Of a DNA stretch of 64,000 nucleotides, positions 1 to 12,404 are shown piece by piece. The stretch spans positions 157,418,001-157,482,000 of the forward strand of contig OZ024743.1 of the NCBI GenBank assembly GCA_964016885.1, given 5' to 3'. Position numbers and translations under genes: made by a program. The number at the start of each line of letters is the position of its first letter. Positions within the stretch are counted from its first letter, which is position 1. The notes under the pieces are model-generated. The model did no database searches and was not told where the DNA came from. It saw nothing but the letters and a program-made list of their open reading frames with translations. This stretch comes from Eledone cirrhosa. Lineage: Eukaryota.

Positions 1-464
1 AGACAGATTGTGACGACGAGGAGTGGGAAACGGTATCAGGAAAAAAGAAAAAAAGAAACCAAAAAAGAAAAAATTCTCTTCCTTCCCCCTCCAAAAACAA
101 AATACAGAGGGAAACAAATAAATTAAAAAACAAAAATGTTAGGACAGATATGCCACCATCCACACCAGCATCACCAACCTCATCACCCCAAACACCAAAA
201 CCATCACCATCATTAACCCAAATACCACCATCACCTACACCACAAAAGTCACCAAAATGCGAAACAGAAACAAACCCACAACAAACGCAAACAAAACAAA
301 ACAAACAAAACGATACACACTACACAGCATTAAATTTGAACAACAAGCAATTATTACACTACATCTAACACAACACCAGCATCACAGAAAAAGACTACAC
401 AACAACCCAAAAATTCACACCACCTCCGCACATACAAATCACTCGCATCACACAGAAAACGTAC

Positions 465-1499
465 ATGACACTAAAACCAAAATTCCTCAAAAACATCGGA
501 GACTTCCGACAAGCACTCTCCAGGAGGATTTATAAGTACATCCTTCCTGAGGAGGCCACAAGCAGTGAAAAGGATGGAAAAACCGTCCTTCCTCTCCGAG
601 AAGTAAGGAAAGTGGTCTTTCCCATCTTTTCAACTCCATTTCAACATGAACTCCCCAGAATAGGCAGCATAAATGCGCGTGGCTTGGGGTCGTCATGGAA
701 GCAGGGCCACCTGCTCAACGACCTCAGGTCACTAAACATAGATGTAGTGGCCATCAGCGATACCAGAATCCCCGAAGCACGGGCCTTCGCACCGATCTTC
801 GGCGGCTACGATGTGTACGCATCTCCCAGCCGTCCTGGATCGGAGGGAGGAGTTGCTGTGCTTTTTCGGAGAGGTTTGGATCTCGCCATTCGGGCCATCT
901 TCCTGGACCCAGAAGGTAAGTTGGTGGTGCTAGACGTGACCAGCGGAGACGGGCAAGCTTTCAGGCTAGTGGCCGTCTATGCCCCGACAGGAGCAGGGCG
1001 GACTGATTTCTTCCGGCGTCTGGAGACCTTTCTTGGAACGTCACGCTCTTTAGTGTTAGTGGGCGACTGGAACGGGATCTTAGATGCACGCTGGGACTGT
1101 GTGGGATTAGCGGATAGGGGTGGAGGGTGCAAGAGCCTCACCAACCTGCTCAGGCGTTTTGAACTGTCTGACATGTACCGATTGGATTTCCCGAATGTGC
1201 CAATGTGGACTTGGACAAATCGCATGGGGTCATCCAGATCATATCTAGATAGAATATTTTGTAGAGAAATAGATAGGTCTAGCATAGGCTGTCCACAATT
1301 TAAGAGAGTCAGCTACACGGACCACAAATTCGTGATCTGTCTACTTGACTTAGATAGGCTTCATAGACGAGGACCCGGCTACTGGAAGCTAAACGCGTCC
1401 TTACCAGCGCGCAAGGCCTACAGAGACCGGATTAGCGAACTAGCTAAGTGGGCGTTGACGGGGGGGCCATCATCAACAACAAATGGTGGTTTGCTCTGA
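465..1499 (+). pseudogene. Tx1 ORF1 C-terminus read in frame into the ORF2 APE endonuclease
   Basis: Translation runs VLPLREVRKVVFPIFSTPFQHELP-RIGSINARG with no stop; the other two copies have TAA after REVR. Confidence 0.85.
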
Positions 1500-4040
1500 A
1501 AGGAGCGATTAGAATAGAGTCCATTAGATTTAGTAAGGCTTTAGCAATAGAGAAAAATAGAGCAGAGGGAGAACTAGTTAAAAAATTATACGAGGTGCTT
1601 AGCAAAGACATCGCCACCGACGTAATTGCGGTGAAATTGACCCTTGACCAATTCTTCAATGCAAAGCACGAAGGCTGCGTTGTCAGAGCTAGGGTGCGTG
1701 CCTCAGACACGAGGGGACGAAAGCCGTTCAATGGGCCCGCGTGGCGGAGGCGCGTCGGGGCAACAAAGCCACGAACCGGTCTTTGGTGCACCACAACGGG
1801 CGCATGCTACTCGATCCCGGGCAAATGTGTGGAGCTTTTCAGCGACACTTCGCTCAGTTGTTCGGGGGCAGCAGCGGGCGGGATCGAGGGATGGACTTTA
1901 GAGTCTACCTCGACGGACTGCCGCGGCTCTCGGCCACTGAGGCGGAGTGTTGCGAAAAGCCGATAACAGCCGCTGAAGTACGGGAGGCAATGACTAGTTG
2001 CACAAGGGGTAAATCGCCTGGTTTGGATGGTCTGCCCTATGAACTTTACGTACAGATGCCAGACTTGTTCGGAGGCCTCTTGGCGGACGTCTACTGCAAC
2101 TGGCAACAGAACGGGAGAATTCCCAGCTCTGTGAGCCGAGGAGCGGTGGCGCTGCTGAGAAAGGATCCGAAGAAGGGGGATATCATAGATACTTTTAGGC
2201 CCATAACTCTGCTAAACAAAGAGTTCAAGCTAAAAGGTTGGCGCTTGTCGTTAGGGGTCTGGTGGGAGAGGCACAGACATGCGCCATTCCCGACAGATCC
2301 ATCCACGACAACCTCCACCTCATGCGATACATCGTAGAGAGGGTAGCTAAGGAACCTGGCACGGGTGGGTCCTTGATCAATTTAGATCAGTCGAAAGCTT
2401 TCGATAGGGTCAACGATCGTTACCTAGCGGCAGTCCTGAGGGCAGCTGGCTTTGGGCCTGTCTTCAGAGGCTGGATCGCTGCCAAACACAGCGACATCTG
2501 CTCTGTGGTGAGAGTGAACGGTCACCTTTCGGAACCGTTCAACATCATGCGCTCGGTCCGCCAAGGATGTCCCCTCTCGTCCCTCTTGTGCGTATTAACT
2601 CTCGAGCCATTACTGCACAAACTGGAGACGTTGAGGGTGGTCCCGCGCGAACTACGATGCGGAAGGTCCGTGTCAGCATATGCGGACGATGTCACCGTAG
2701 GGGTGTCGAAGGCCAAACACATCGAGGCGATCGACACTACACTAAGAGAATACGAATCGGTGACAGGAGCATTGATCAACCAGGAAAAGTCAGTGGGCCT
2801 GCAGCTCGGCACCTGGAGAGGCAGGTCCATGCCGTCCAACAGCGTCGTCGGTCGCTGGACTGACGGACCGGTTAAATTTCTAGGGGTCTGGTTCGGTCTG
2901 GACCTCCAGACGGACAAAAACTGGGACGAGGTGACGAGCAGGGTGGCTTCTCTCACCCAGAAATGGGCCGAGAGGAAGCTATCCCTGAAAGGTCGAGCGG
3001 AGGTGGGTAACGCGTACATCGCGTCCGTCATCTACTACCGCCTGACCGTCGTACCTTGTCCTAAGCCCCGCCTGACTGCGCTGGAGCGTCTGCTCTTTAG
3101 CTTTTTGTGGAAGGGACGCGCTCCGATGGTCAGGCGGTCCATCTGCTGTCACGCGCTACGTGGAGGGCTGGGCATGCCGTGGCTGATGTTGCGCAGACGC
3201 GCGCTCAGGCTGCGACATCTCCACCTCTTCCTCGACGGTGATCAGGTGTGGTCGCCGTTTGCTAGACGCATCTTTCCCCAGCTCGTCTCTTTGACGGAGC
3301 TGCAGTCATGGGTCAAGCGAAGATCGAGAGGGAGCGCTTGGAGACTGGAATGTATTCAGGCGCTCACAGCCCTCGACCAATCGGGCAATGTGATCGGTGG
3401 AAACTCCACCTTGGCGTTCTATAGAGGATTAGTGGAGGGGAAGAGCGACGACGTACTTGGGGAAACTCTAGGCGTCGACGAAAATCAACTAGCCAATCTC
3501 TTCGGACGGACTTTCGGGCCGGGTCCTATGAACAACTTCCAGAAATCCCTGGCCTGGCAGTGCTACTGGGGAGCTTTGCCAGTTCGGGATAAACTCTACA
3601 GGCATGGAGGTGTCGTCAGCCGGGCATGTCCGAGATGCGCACAGGGCGACGAAAGCGTCCTGCACGCACTCGTCCATAGTCCGAGCATTGCTGACTTTTG
3701 GAGCTATGTCGAACAGTTGCTGTCACGTGTAGGACGGATCCAGCTATCAGCTGAGTCCATCGTGAGAATTGGCCCGCCCTCTTCCTTTAGCCGGGAAGGG
3801 CAGGCAGTTTTTATCTGTCTGGTGGCCATGGCGAAAGAGATAGTATGGTGGCACGTTTGAAAGGGCTGAAGACGAGCACTTACCTCTTCGGTGATGCCCT
3901 GATTAACTTTTTCAAATTTCACTTGAAAAGGAAAATCAGGGTAGAGAGGGAACTGCTCTCTTCCCAGCATTTTGTTGAAAGATGGGTGAGAAAGCAAGTA
4001 TGACCCGAATGAATGGGCCTTCTCTGAGTATGTGTCTGTA
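1448..4040 (+). pseudogene. Tx1 ORF2 linker, RT and C-terminal domain, frameshifted
   Basis: ORFs 1448-1966, 1741-2337 and 2238-3860 match consecutive parts of the 988-aa ORF at 40934-43900. Confidence 0.9.
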
Positions 4041-4284
4041 AATTAAGGGTTGAAAACTGGGAGAGGGCACTTGCCCTGGTGGTCAGGGTCACTGTGGTCT
4101 TTTAATGGGCTTTCTCCACAAATGTCCCTGGGAAGTCTCCCCCCTATTGGGGAATTTTTCATTGTTATTTTATTACATCCTCTGTTTTTTTACACGCCGA
4201 AATGCCCATTTGTACCGTCCTGTATTGTTCTGTACTGTCCTTAATGTCTACTTTATGTAAACCCTTGTGGTTAATAAAGAAATC

Positions 4285-4342
4285 ATTATTATTATTATTA
4301 TTATTATTACTATTATTATTATTATCATTATTATTATTATTT
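4285..4342. repeat. (TTA)n tract joining Tx1 and Dong 3' ends tail to tail
   Basis: Visible ATT repeat between the Tx1 3' end and the Dong A 3' end. Confidence 0.95.
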
Positions 4343-4572
4343 TCCTTTGAGTCTCAGTCATTGATGTTATTTAACTGGAAAGTTTGTTGAAATGAATATC
4401 AAGCCGTTACCTGCAGCCTCAGATATTCAGGACGTATCGGAGGGTTCTTGCTGTTCCCAGCAAGCATGCCTTTTGAAGTGTTCCAAAAAGCGGTGCAGGA
4501 CTAATCTTCTTTAACCATACTTGGAAACTCTTTGAGATAATACCTAGTGCGCCTATGACAATCGGGATTACC
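4343..4572 (-). mobile_element. R4/Dong family A, short 3' fragment
   Basis: Matches the 3' end at 16317 and 33556; the minus strand encodes the ...ACLLGTARTLRYVLNI C-terminus. Confidence 0.88.
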
Positions 4573-4845
4573 CTTCATCTGTGCAGTTTACTGCTCACCT
4601 GCCAACTGTCAGAGCTAGTGAAAATATATGATTTTTTCTGACATATACTGTGACTGATCGGTCTGATTTGCATATTAGAAGATCCGCTTATCAGCTAAAT
4701 TTGCCTATCATCAGATAGGCCAGTCAGCGATTAATGGCCGGCTTTGCCACATTCAAATAACAAACAAATAGTTATCGCTTCACATGGCTGCATACAATGA
4801 ATGTGAACTTAGTTTTTCGAATATTAATAATAATATTGGATTGGT

Positions 4846-6100
4846 TTGGAAATATGCCCATTTAAAAGCCCTCCTCACAACACATTATTAAAGTCCTTTG
4901 ACAATGATCTAATTAAACTAGTTAAGAACATAAAAATCAAAAAATATCATAATAGAAACAACACCTTCTTAAACTACCTTAACTCCACTATTAAAGGATT
5001 TAATAAAAATAAAAAAATCCTAGTGCATGCAGATAAAGCTAATAATATATATAGCTTAGATTACGATACTTATAGAACATTTATATATAAGGAACTGCAT
5101 TGGAACTACAAGAAACTACTACTAAAAATCTAGAAGATATAAATATTGAAGGCCGTAATATAGTGAGTAAATTCGGACTCCCGAGACATACACAGCCATA
5201 CACCCCTAATACCCCAAGATTCTCTCTGAAGGACCATAAAGAATACTTCATTAGTAACCCTTCAATTAGACAGATTTGCCCTTCCAAGTCTGACATTGGT
5301 ATTATCAGCAAGAAAATATTAGATAAAATCATCCAACAATTTAAGCACAACATAACCAATGGGGAAATACGGGTGAGGTTATTGCATGGTTCAAGTTTAT
5401 TAAAGAGTGTAAAAATAAAAAAATGTATACAATTTGATATCAATTCATACTACACCTCTATTTCCCCTATCCTATTAAATAAGGCTCTAATAATTATGGC
5501 CATGAACAATAGTAACCTGACTAGATCCCAAATTGATGTCATACTTGCAGCCCGAAAAACCGTTATTACATTTGAAGAACAATTATGGACCCGCAAGCAT
5601 ACGCATAACAACTTCGACATAACCATGGGATCTAGTTACTCGGCGCAGATTACCGATTTGGTGGGCCTATACCTACTTAATGAAATCCAAAAGAACCTAC
5701 CCTACCTCAACGGTGGTTTATACCGCGATGATGCGCTTCTTCTTATAGACTATAACAAATTTAATATAGACAAAACTAGGAAACAGTTACACAAAATTTT
5801 CAAAAACTTCAACTTAAGTATCATAAAAACACTAAAAACATCAACTTCCTTGATGCTATCCTTAGCCTAGACTCTAGAATATACACACCCTATCATAAAC
5901 CTAACGAAAAACTAATTCATGTAAACACCAACTCTAACCACTCTAAATCCATATTAAACTCTATTACTAAAGAAATATCTAATAGAATCTCTAATCTATC
6001 ATATAATGAAACCATATTTAACAATAATTCACAACACTATAATGAGGCCTTAGCTAAATCAGGACATAAGAATGAGATTGAATTCTTACCTATAAAATTA
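4846..6100 (+). pseudogene. PLE reverse transcriptase (frameshifted)
   Basis: ORFs 4846-5133 and 5100-5870 plus the continuation in another frame contain PLE RT motifs. Confidence 0.85.
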
Positions 6101-6482
6101 CATAGTTACAACATTATTTTTCATAATATGGCCATGAGCAAAAATAGTAAAAAAACTAGCCACTATAACTCTAGAACGAAGATTAATACTAAACTTAACT
6201 CGCACCAAAGTAAACACCACAATAATAATATAAACAGGGATATAAATACCTAAAAAAAACAATACTATAAACAAAAATAGAAGAACTAATACATTCTTCA
6301 ATCCCCATTTCAATCTAAACGTCTCTACCAACTTGCCTAAGGCTTTCTTCTCAATCTTAGAAAAACCTTCCCGAACGGCCACAAGTACCGTAGCCTTATC
6401 AATAATAATTATTTCCAACTAATTAAAACACAACAGGAGGTAAACTTAGTACCTGTAAACAATAGTAGTAATAATAGTAATA

Positions 6483-7037
6483 ATGATAATAGCACTAATG
6501 AAATCAATAACAATACGAATGATTGATAGGCATCATTACCCTAGTGCTATCCCTAGCAACCAGAATTCTTCACAACATAGGAATCGGCAAGCTAACACCC
6601 AGAATAAATATAACTGTAGAACTAATAGAACTTGCCCCTTAGGTAATAATTGCTTAACCAAAGACATCATCTACTCATGCACCGTCAACGCAAACAACTC
6701 TTCTAAAACATATGTAGGTTCTACTTCGATCAACTTCAAGACGAGATACAACTCGCACCTCCACTCTTTCAAAAAACACAATCTAGCCATCTCCACTTCT
6801 TTATCTAGCTACGTACACTCTCTGAAAACTAGGAATAGACCATTTACACAACAATGCGAAGTAGTACATAGTGCCTCATCGTATAAACCACCGAATAAAT
6901 TGTGTAATCTCTGCCTTCTGGAGACCCATACTATAATCTTTTCAAAACTAGACCTCCTTAATAGAAAGTCAGAGACATTTTCCTCGTTCCTACACCGGTA
7001 CCGGCACACGTTCCATAACTTTAAACCTAGCTGTTAG
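6483..7037 (+). pseudogene. PLE GIY-YIG endonuclease with Cys-rich motifs
   Basis: IIYSCTV...TYVGSTS..FKTRYNSH, CNLCLLE, LLNRKSE. Confidence 0.85.
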
Positions 7038-8363
7038 TATACAACAATGTCAGATTTGAATACCCAACCACACATCTAGTATTTAGCAGCACCCACAACC
7101 ACAAACCCTTCGACCAACTCTTTCCTCTACACAACTCCTATTCATCTCTAACCTTATGCTCTGCAATAACAGTTAGACGTAGACATAGAGTTACCACCTT
7201 GTGATATAACTACAATAGATTAATTATATCATATACAGTAATGGATATTTGGTACTTAGTATGTAGAGACATTTAATGTAATATGAGATAATAAACTATA
7301 TATGCATTTATAATTGTATAATTAAATACTTAAATTACACAACATAATAATAATAAAGTATATATACATTTATAATTAAATATAAAATGTAATAGCATTG
7401 TATATTAGGGATTAACTTTCAAAACAATAATGTATATTATTACACATATGGCATATCTATTTTGACATACCAACAGCTATACAATCCTTCATAACATATA
7501 CCTTGTCCAGTAATGAATAGATAACAATGTAAAGAGACCTTTAATGTATGATAGTAAAATACACTGTATTTAAAATGAGGTATAAATATACAGCGTTATG
7601 TAACAGAGATCCAATGATATCACATTATCATGTGTATTAGAGCAAAGAATGTTATAACTGAATTGAACTTAATTAGCTAGTTAACTCCCCTTACGCATTA
7701 GCTCCCCTTATTCACCTCCGGAAATTAACGATTGCAAAATTTAACGTTCATCAAATATAGTCTATGAATATGAATACATTAAGACTAATTTACAATCCAT
7801 TGCTCTAACTAACTTAAAACATTCAATATAAACATTAACTAAAATTTAATTCGACATATGTCATGGAAAAGTCTGCAAAAACTGTGTTTCTCAACACACA
7901 TAAATTCGAACACCATCAGCATACAGAACCCACCATAGATTCTAATACATTAACATATTTGCTTAAAGTGCAGTATTTATTCATCTATATATGCATAATA
8001 GATTTGCTTGTCTCCTTCTCATGTATATGACTAACGAAGTTGCACTCTCCACACGCCTGCATATGAATTGTTAATTTACTCTTCCTTTCTCAAAACTACT
8101 TTCTCAATGCCTCTTTAATGATTGGACTATTCTCTTGTTTTATCTGTTGCATGTATCCCACTCCGTGCTTTTGATTTTAATTTAATTTTAATTTGAATTT
8201 TAACTTGAATGTTTGTACAATTATTGTACCATTCTCGTAAAATATATGTCACAGCCATTCCACCCTGTAAATAGGAAATTGTTGCTCACAACATCAATTT
8301 ATATGTATCTATATTATTGTACAGTTGAATAGGAGGTTAATTATATGTGCAAACATTGATAAT

Positions 8364-8408
8364 GCTCCGATGATTCCAAACGTGCGTTTGGAAGAAACGA
8401 TTGTCAGC
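8364..8408 (+). ncRNA. Minimal type I hammerhead ribozyme-like motif (core U4C variant) in the PLE 3' region
   Basis: gct-CCGATGA-ttccaaacg/cgtttggaa-GAAAC-gatt-GTC-agc, with a 9-bp stem II. Confidence 0.65.
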
Positions 8409-8579
8409 GATTTAAACACAACTTTGATAATTGTATAATTTATTTATTTTCCTGCTCTGTAAAACAACGGATGTTCATACATTGAGATATTTCTCTTACT
8501 GGTAATAAGGTAATAAGAAATTACTGACCTTCCTGTTTATAATTGTTTATACTATATATATAACTATAAATAGTATTAT

Positions 8580-8760
<181 letters not shown>

Positions 8761-8769
8761 AGCGATAAT

Positions 8770-8952
8770 TGTCTCTACTTTAGGCACAAGGCCAGCAATT
8801 ATCCAGTGCATTACTGGTACTTCATTTTATCGACCCCGTAAGGATGAAAGGCAAAGTCAACCTCGGCGGGATTTGAACTCAGATCGTAAAGGGACGTAAC
8901 TATGCTGGAAAGCATGGCGTCCGACCCTCTACTGATACTGCTAATCCACCGC
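8770..8952 (-). mobile_element. tRNA-derived SINE family 1 (octopus OK-like) with 15-bp target site duplication
   Basis: A box TAGCAGTATCAG and B box GAGTTCAAATCC on the minus strand; TSD gtgtgtagcgataat at 8755-8769 and 8953-8967. Confidence 0.88.
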
Positions 8953-9617
8953 GTGTGTAGCGATAATGCGGCTCTGTGATAGCTCAATGAGAGAATTGAA
9001 GCTAAACCTCCAATCCCTTAGATGATTTGCATAATTCCATCTAAAATCCCCGAAAGACAGAATGAGAGCTATACTTACATATCCAGTAAGTTTTTGTAAG
9101 GGTTATACGATACTATTTCATGTCACCAAAATAACATCATTCACCGGTGATTAACATCGGTAAATGATGAAAGCAAGAAACTGCAATCATCAGAAGTTAT
9201 TTGTAATTCCAGAAAAATATTAGATCCCAAACAACAGGAGTAACAACCATAGGCATCAGATTCTGACTGAACTAAACGCTCCCATGTCGATAGAACAGAT
9301 GTATAATACGTACTCTCATGCTCTCATTAATCTTACATGACCGCACATATCCTCAAGCAAACAGAGGAACACAGATTTGTATTCGTACAAGTGCTGAAAT
9401 GTATGCGCAAAAAAAGCATATAAGCATACACATAAATATCAGTCCATATGTTTTTATATGTGTGCATTGAGAAATACCACCGAAAATATTATTGATAATT
9501 TATGTATATATTTGTAAAACATTGACGGCATGTCAGCCAATTATAATTAATTGGAAATACAAATTCTCTCTTTCTTTCTTTCACTCTCTCTCCCCCTTTA
9601 TATTATATTATAAATAA

Positions 9618-10245
<628 letters not shown>

Positions 10246-10848
10246 TTATGTATTTGTGTGCGTGTTTACGCATGTGTGTTTGAGCATTTGTATAACCGGA
10301 TATTATTATGTGCACGACTGGAGATCTTATTAGCTAGTGTAATGTGGAGCCGTGTATATCCACTAATTGCTTACCGAATAAGTTAGAAAAAGCAATGTAT
10401 TACTCGGATTGACTTTTCAATGCTAGAAGGGAAAACACAGATTGAGCTTTCAACTACATCTGTAGTAATTTATCATCAGAGAAAAATGTGGAGTTGTAAG
10501 CTTTATGATCAAACGTCCATATTGGCTGAATGATTATTATAAAGAACCAACATCAACTGATGACTAGATATCATTTTTAATGGTGTTAATGGGGATTGAA
10601 TGAACATTACGCAGAATGAATGTTACCACTTATTCCCTCCCCTTGGGTGTTTATAGAGATATTTTGTTGCATACTGATAGGATTCAAAAGGTTGCTCATT
10701 AGATGTTAAGGGTGAAAGAACAAATTGGATAAAATATCAATATATGAATGTTTATTTGTAGCATTAGTGGTTTGGCTGCACTACATTTCGCTTAAAATAC
10801 GTGTTCATAAATGAACAATTTCTTGGGTTTTCCTCATATACATGTATG

Positions 10849-10977
10849 TATATAAGTCTGTATTCATTTATCTATTCATCTGTCTATCTATGTATCTATC
10901 TATATACACACAAACATACACACACGCAAGCATACACGTATAAATATAAAAATACATACACACATACACACACACAC

Positions 10978-11030
<53 letters not shown>

Positions 11031-11158
11031 CGCGTGTGTGTGTGTGTGTATGTGTGTATGTATATATATATTTATACGTGTATGCTTGCGTGTGTGTATG
11101 TTTGTGTGTATATAGATAGATACATAGATAGACAGATGAATAGATAAATGAATACAGA

Positions 11159-11166
<8 letters not shown>
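10849..11166. repeat. Near-perfect inverted repeat (fold-back) centred on (TA)n
   Basis: Left arm tataagtctgtattcatttatc...acgtataaatata is the reverse complement of about 11065-11166; ORFs on both strands give the same peptide. Confidence 0.9.
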
Positions 11167-11241
<75 letters not shown>

Positions 11242-11284
11242 GAAAAGTATAGAAATTATTGTAGCAAGAAGCCAACAGTATTCC

Positions 11285-11317
<33 letters not shown>

Positions 11318-11542
11318 ACGAAAATACGTAGCCGATATCTCGAATTCTAAGCGCTGAGAATATGAAGTCAATATAAAGAATGATGTTCTCGTGTGCAGAA
11401 TGCTATATAGAATCTTAAAAAATAGGAGGAAGAAGCTTAAAAGATGGAAAAGGAAGTTGCTTCGCCCACTATGAGCAATTCCTCGTGGCTACCGAGGTCA
11501 GTCTGTTGACATCAGAAACCTAAGACGGTAAAGAGTTGAAAT

Positions 11543-11615
11543 GGCCCCGTGGCTTAATGATTAAAAGCGCCTAGCCTGTCTTTTGGTGATATGGGGTTCA
11601 AATCCTCATAGCCAC
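11543..11615 (+). other. Degenerate tRNA-like head (SINE remnant or tRNA pseudogene)
   Basis: A-box-like TGGCTTAATGA and B box GGTTCAAATCC at tRNA spacing; no complete cloverleaf. Confidence 0.4.
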
Positions 11616-11722
11616 CTATGGCATTTATAACGCATTTTATAGCATCCCACGCATGAGTACATCATTGCTTAAATATATATTTATATATATATATATGTAT
11701 GTATATATATATATATATAAGT

Positions 11723-11779
<57 letters not shown>

Positions 11780-12243
11780 AAAAAATTTGACACCGACGGC
11801 AGAGCTCAAGCCGTTTCGGCGGCTATTTCTGGACTAAATTAGAATTTATAGCCTGGTGAATAAATAGCCGAACTTGTCAAGGCGTACTTCCTTATATAGG
11901 ATGATTCTTATATAGGATGATCCTTATATAGAATGATTCTGCTCTGAGGATACAGTGGTCACAGCATTGGATATTTGAGTTCTGCAAATAGTTGTAAATT
12001 TGCACATAGCATAACTAGGCTGTAGTACCACCGTGGAAACATTTGTAAGTACACGGAATAAATTACCTTTTTATGATGTCTACCTGTTATTATTCATTCT
12101 TTATATACACTCCGGAATACAGAAGGATCAGGAACTAAGTTTCTTCAACAATTCTTCCATAACTTGTAGAGTAACCTCTCACCGTACGTCAACCATATCC
12201 AGTGTAGTAATTAACCATTACTACATCTTGGATAATCCTATAC

Positions 12244-12364
<121 letters not shown>

Positions 12365-12404
12365 CATAATGCGATTGTTTTCAAGGCATATACTGCAATA
12401 TCAT

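Larger units (their letters stand above)
1..4284 (+). mobile_element. L1/Tx1-clade non-LTR retrotransposon, family 1 copy 1 (5' part outside the window; ORF2 frameshifted)
   Basis: ORF1 C-terminus, then APE domain (SINARG, VYAP, LVGDWN, SYLDR, TDH), RT (KSPGLDG, FRPITLLN, LDQSKAFDRV, VRQGCPLS, AYADD) and a C-terminal CPRC..E..LHA motif. 3' UTR has AATAAA and a (TTA)n tail. Homologous to 23183-28624 and 38248-44143. Confidence 0.93.
4840..8520 (+). mobile_element. Penelope-like element, Naiad type (RT + C-terminal GIY-YIG), degenerate; boundaries approximate
   Basis: RT motifs QFDINSYYTSIS, FDITMGS, LVGLYLL, GLYRDD; thumb PYHKPN..SNH; FFNPHFNLNVSTN linker at about 6290; NC..CPL..NC..IIY..YVGST..FKTRYNSH..SF and CNLCLLE. 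Long AT-rich 3' region ending near a hammerhead-like motif. Confidence 0.85.

Noticed and set aside
2522-3031. Conserved antisense ORF (also 42376-42885)
   Set aside because: Expected shadow of GC-rich coding sequence in closely related copies; no independent evidence.
6483-7037. Selenocysteine-type Naiad
   Set aside because: No in-frame TGA seen at the conserved Cys positions of either GIY-YIG fragment.
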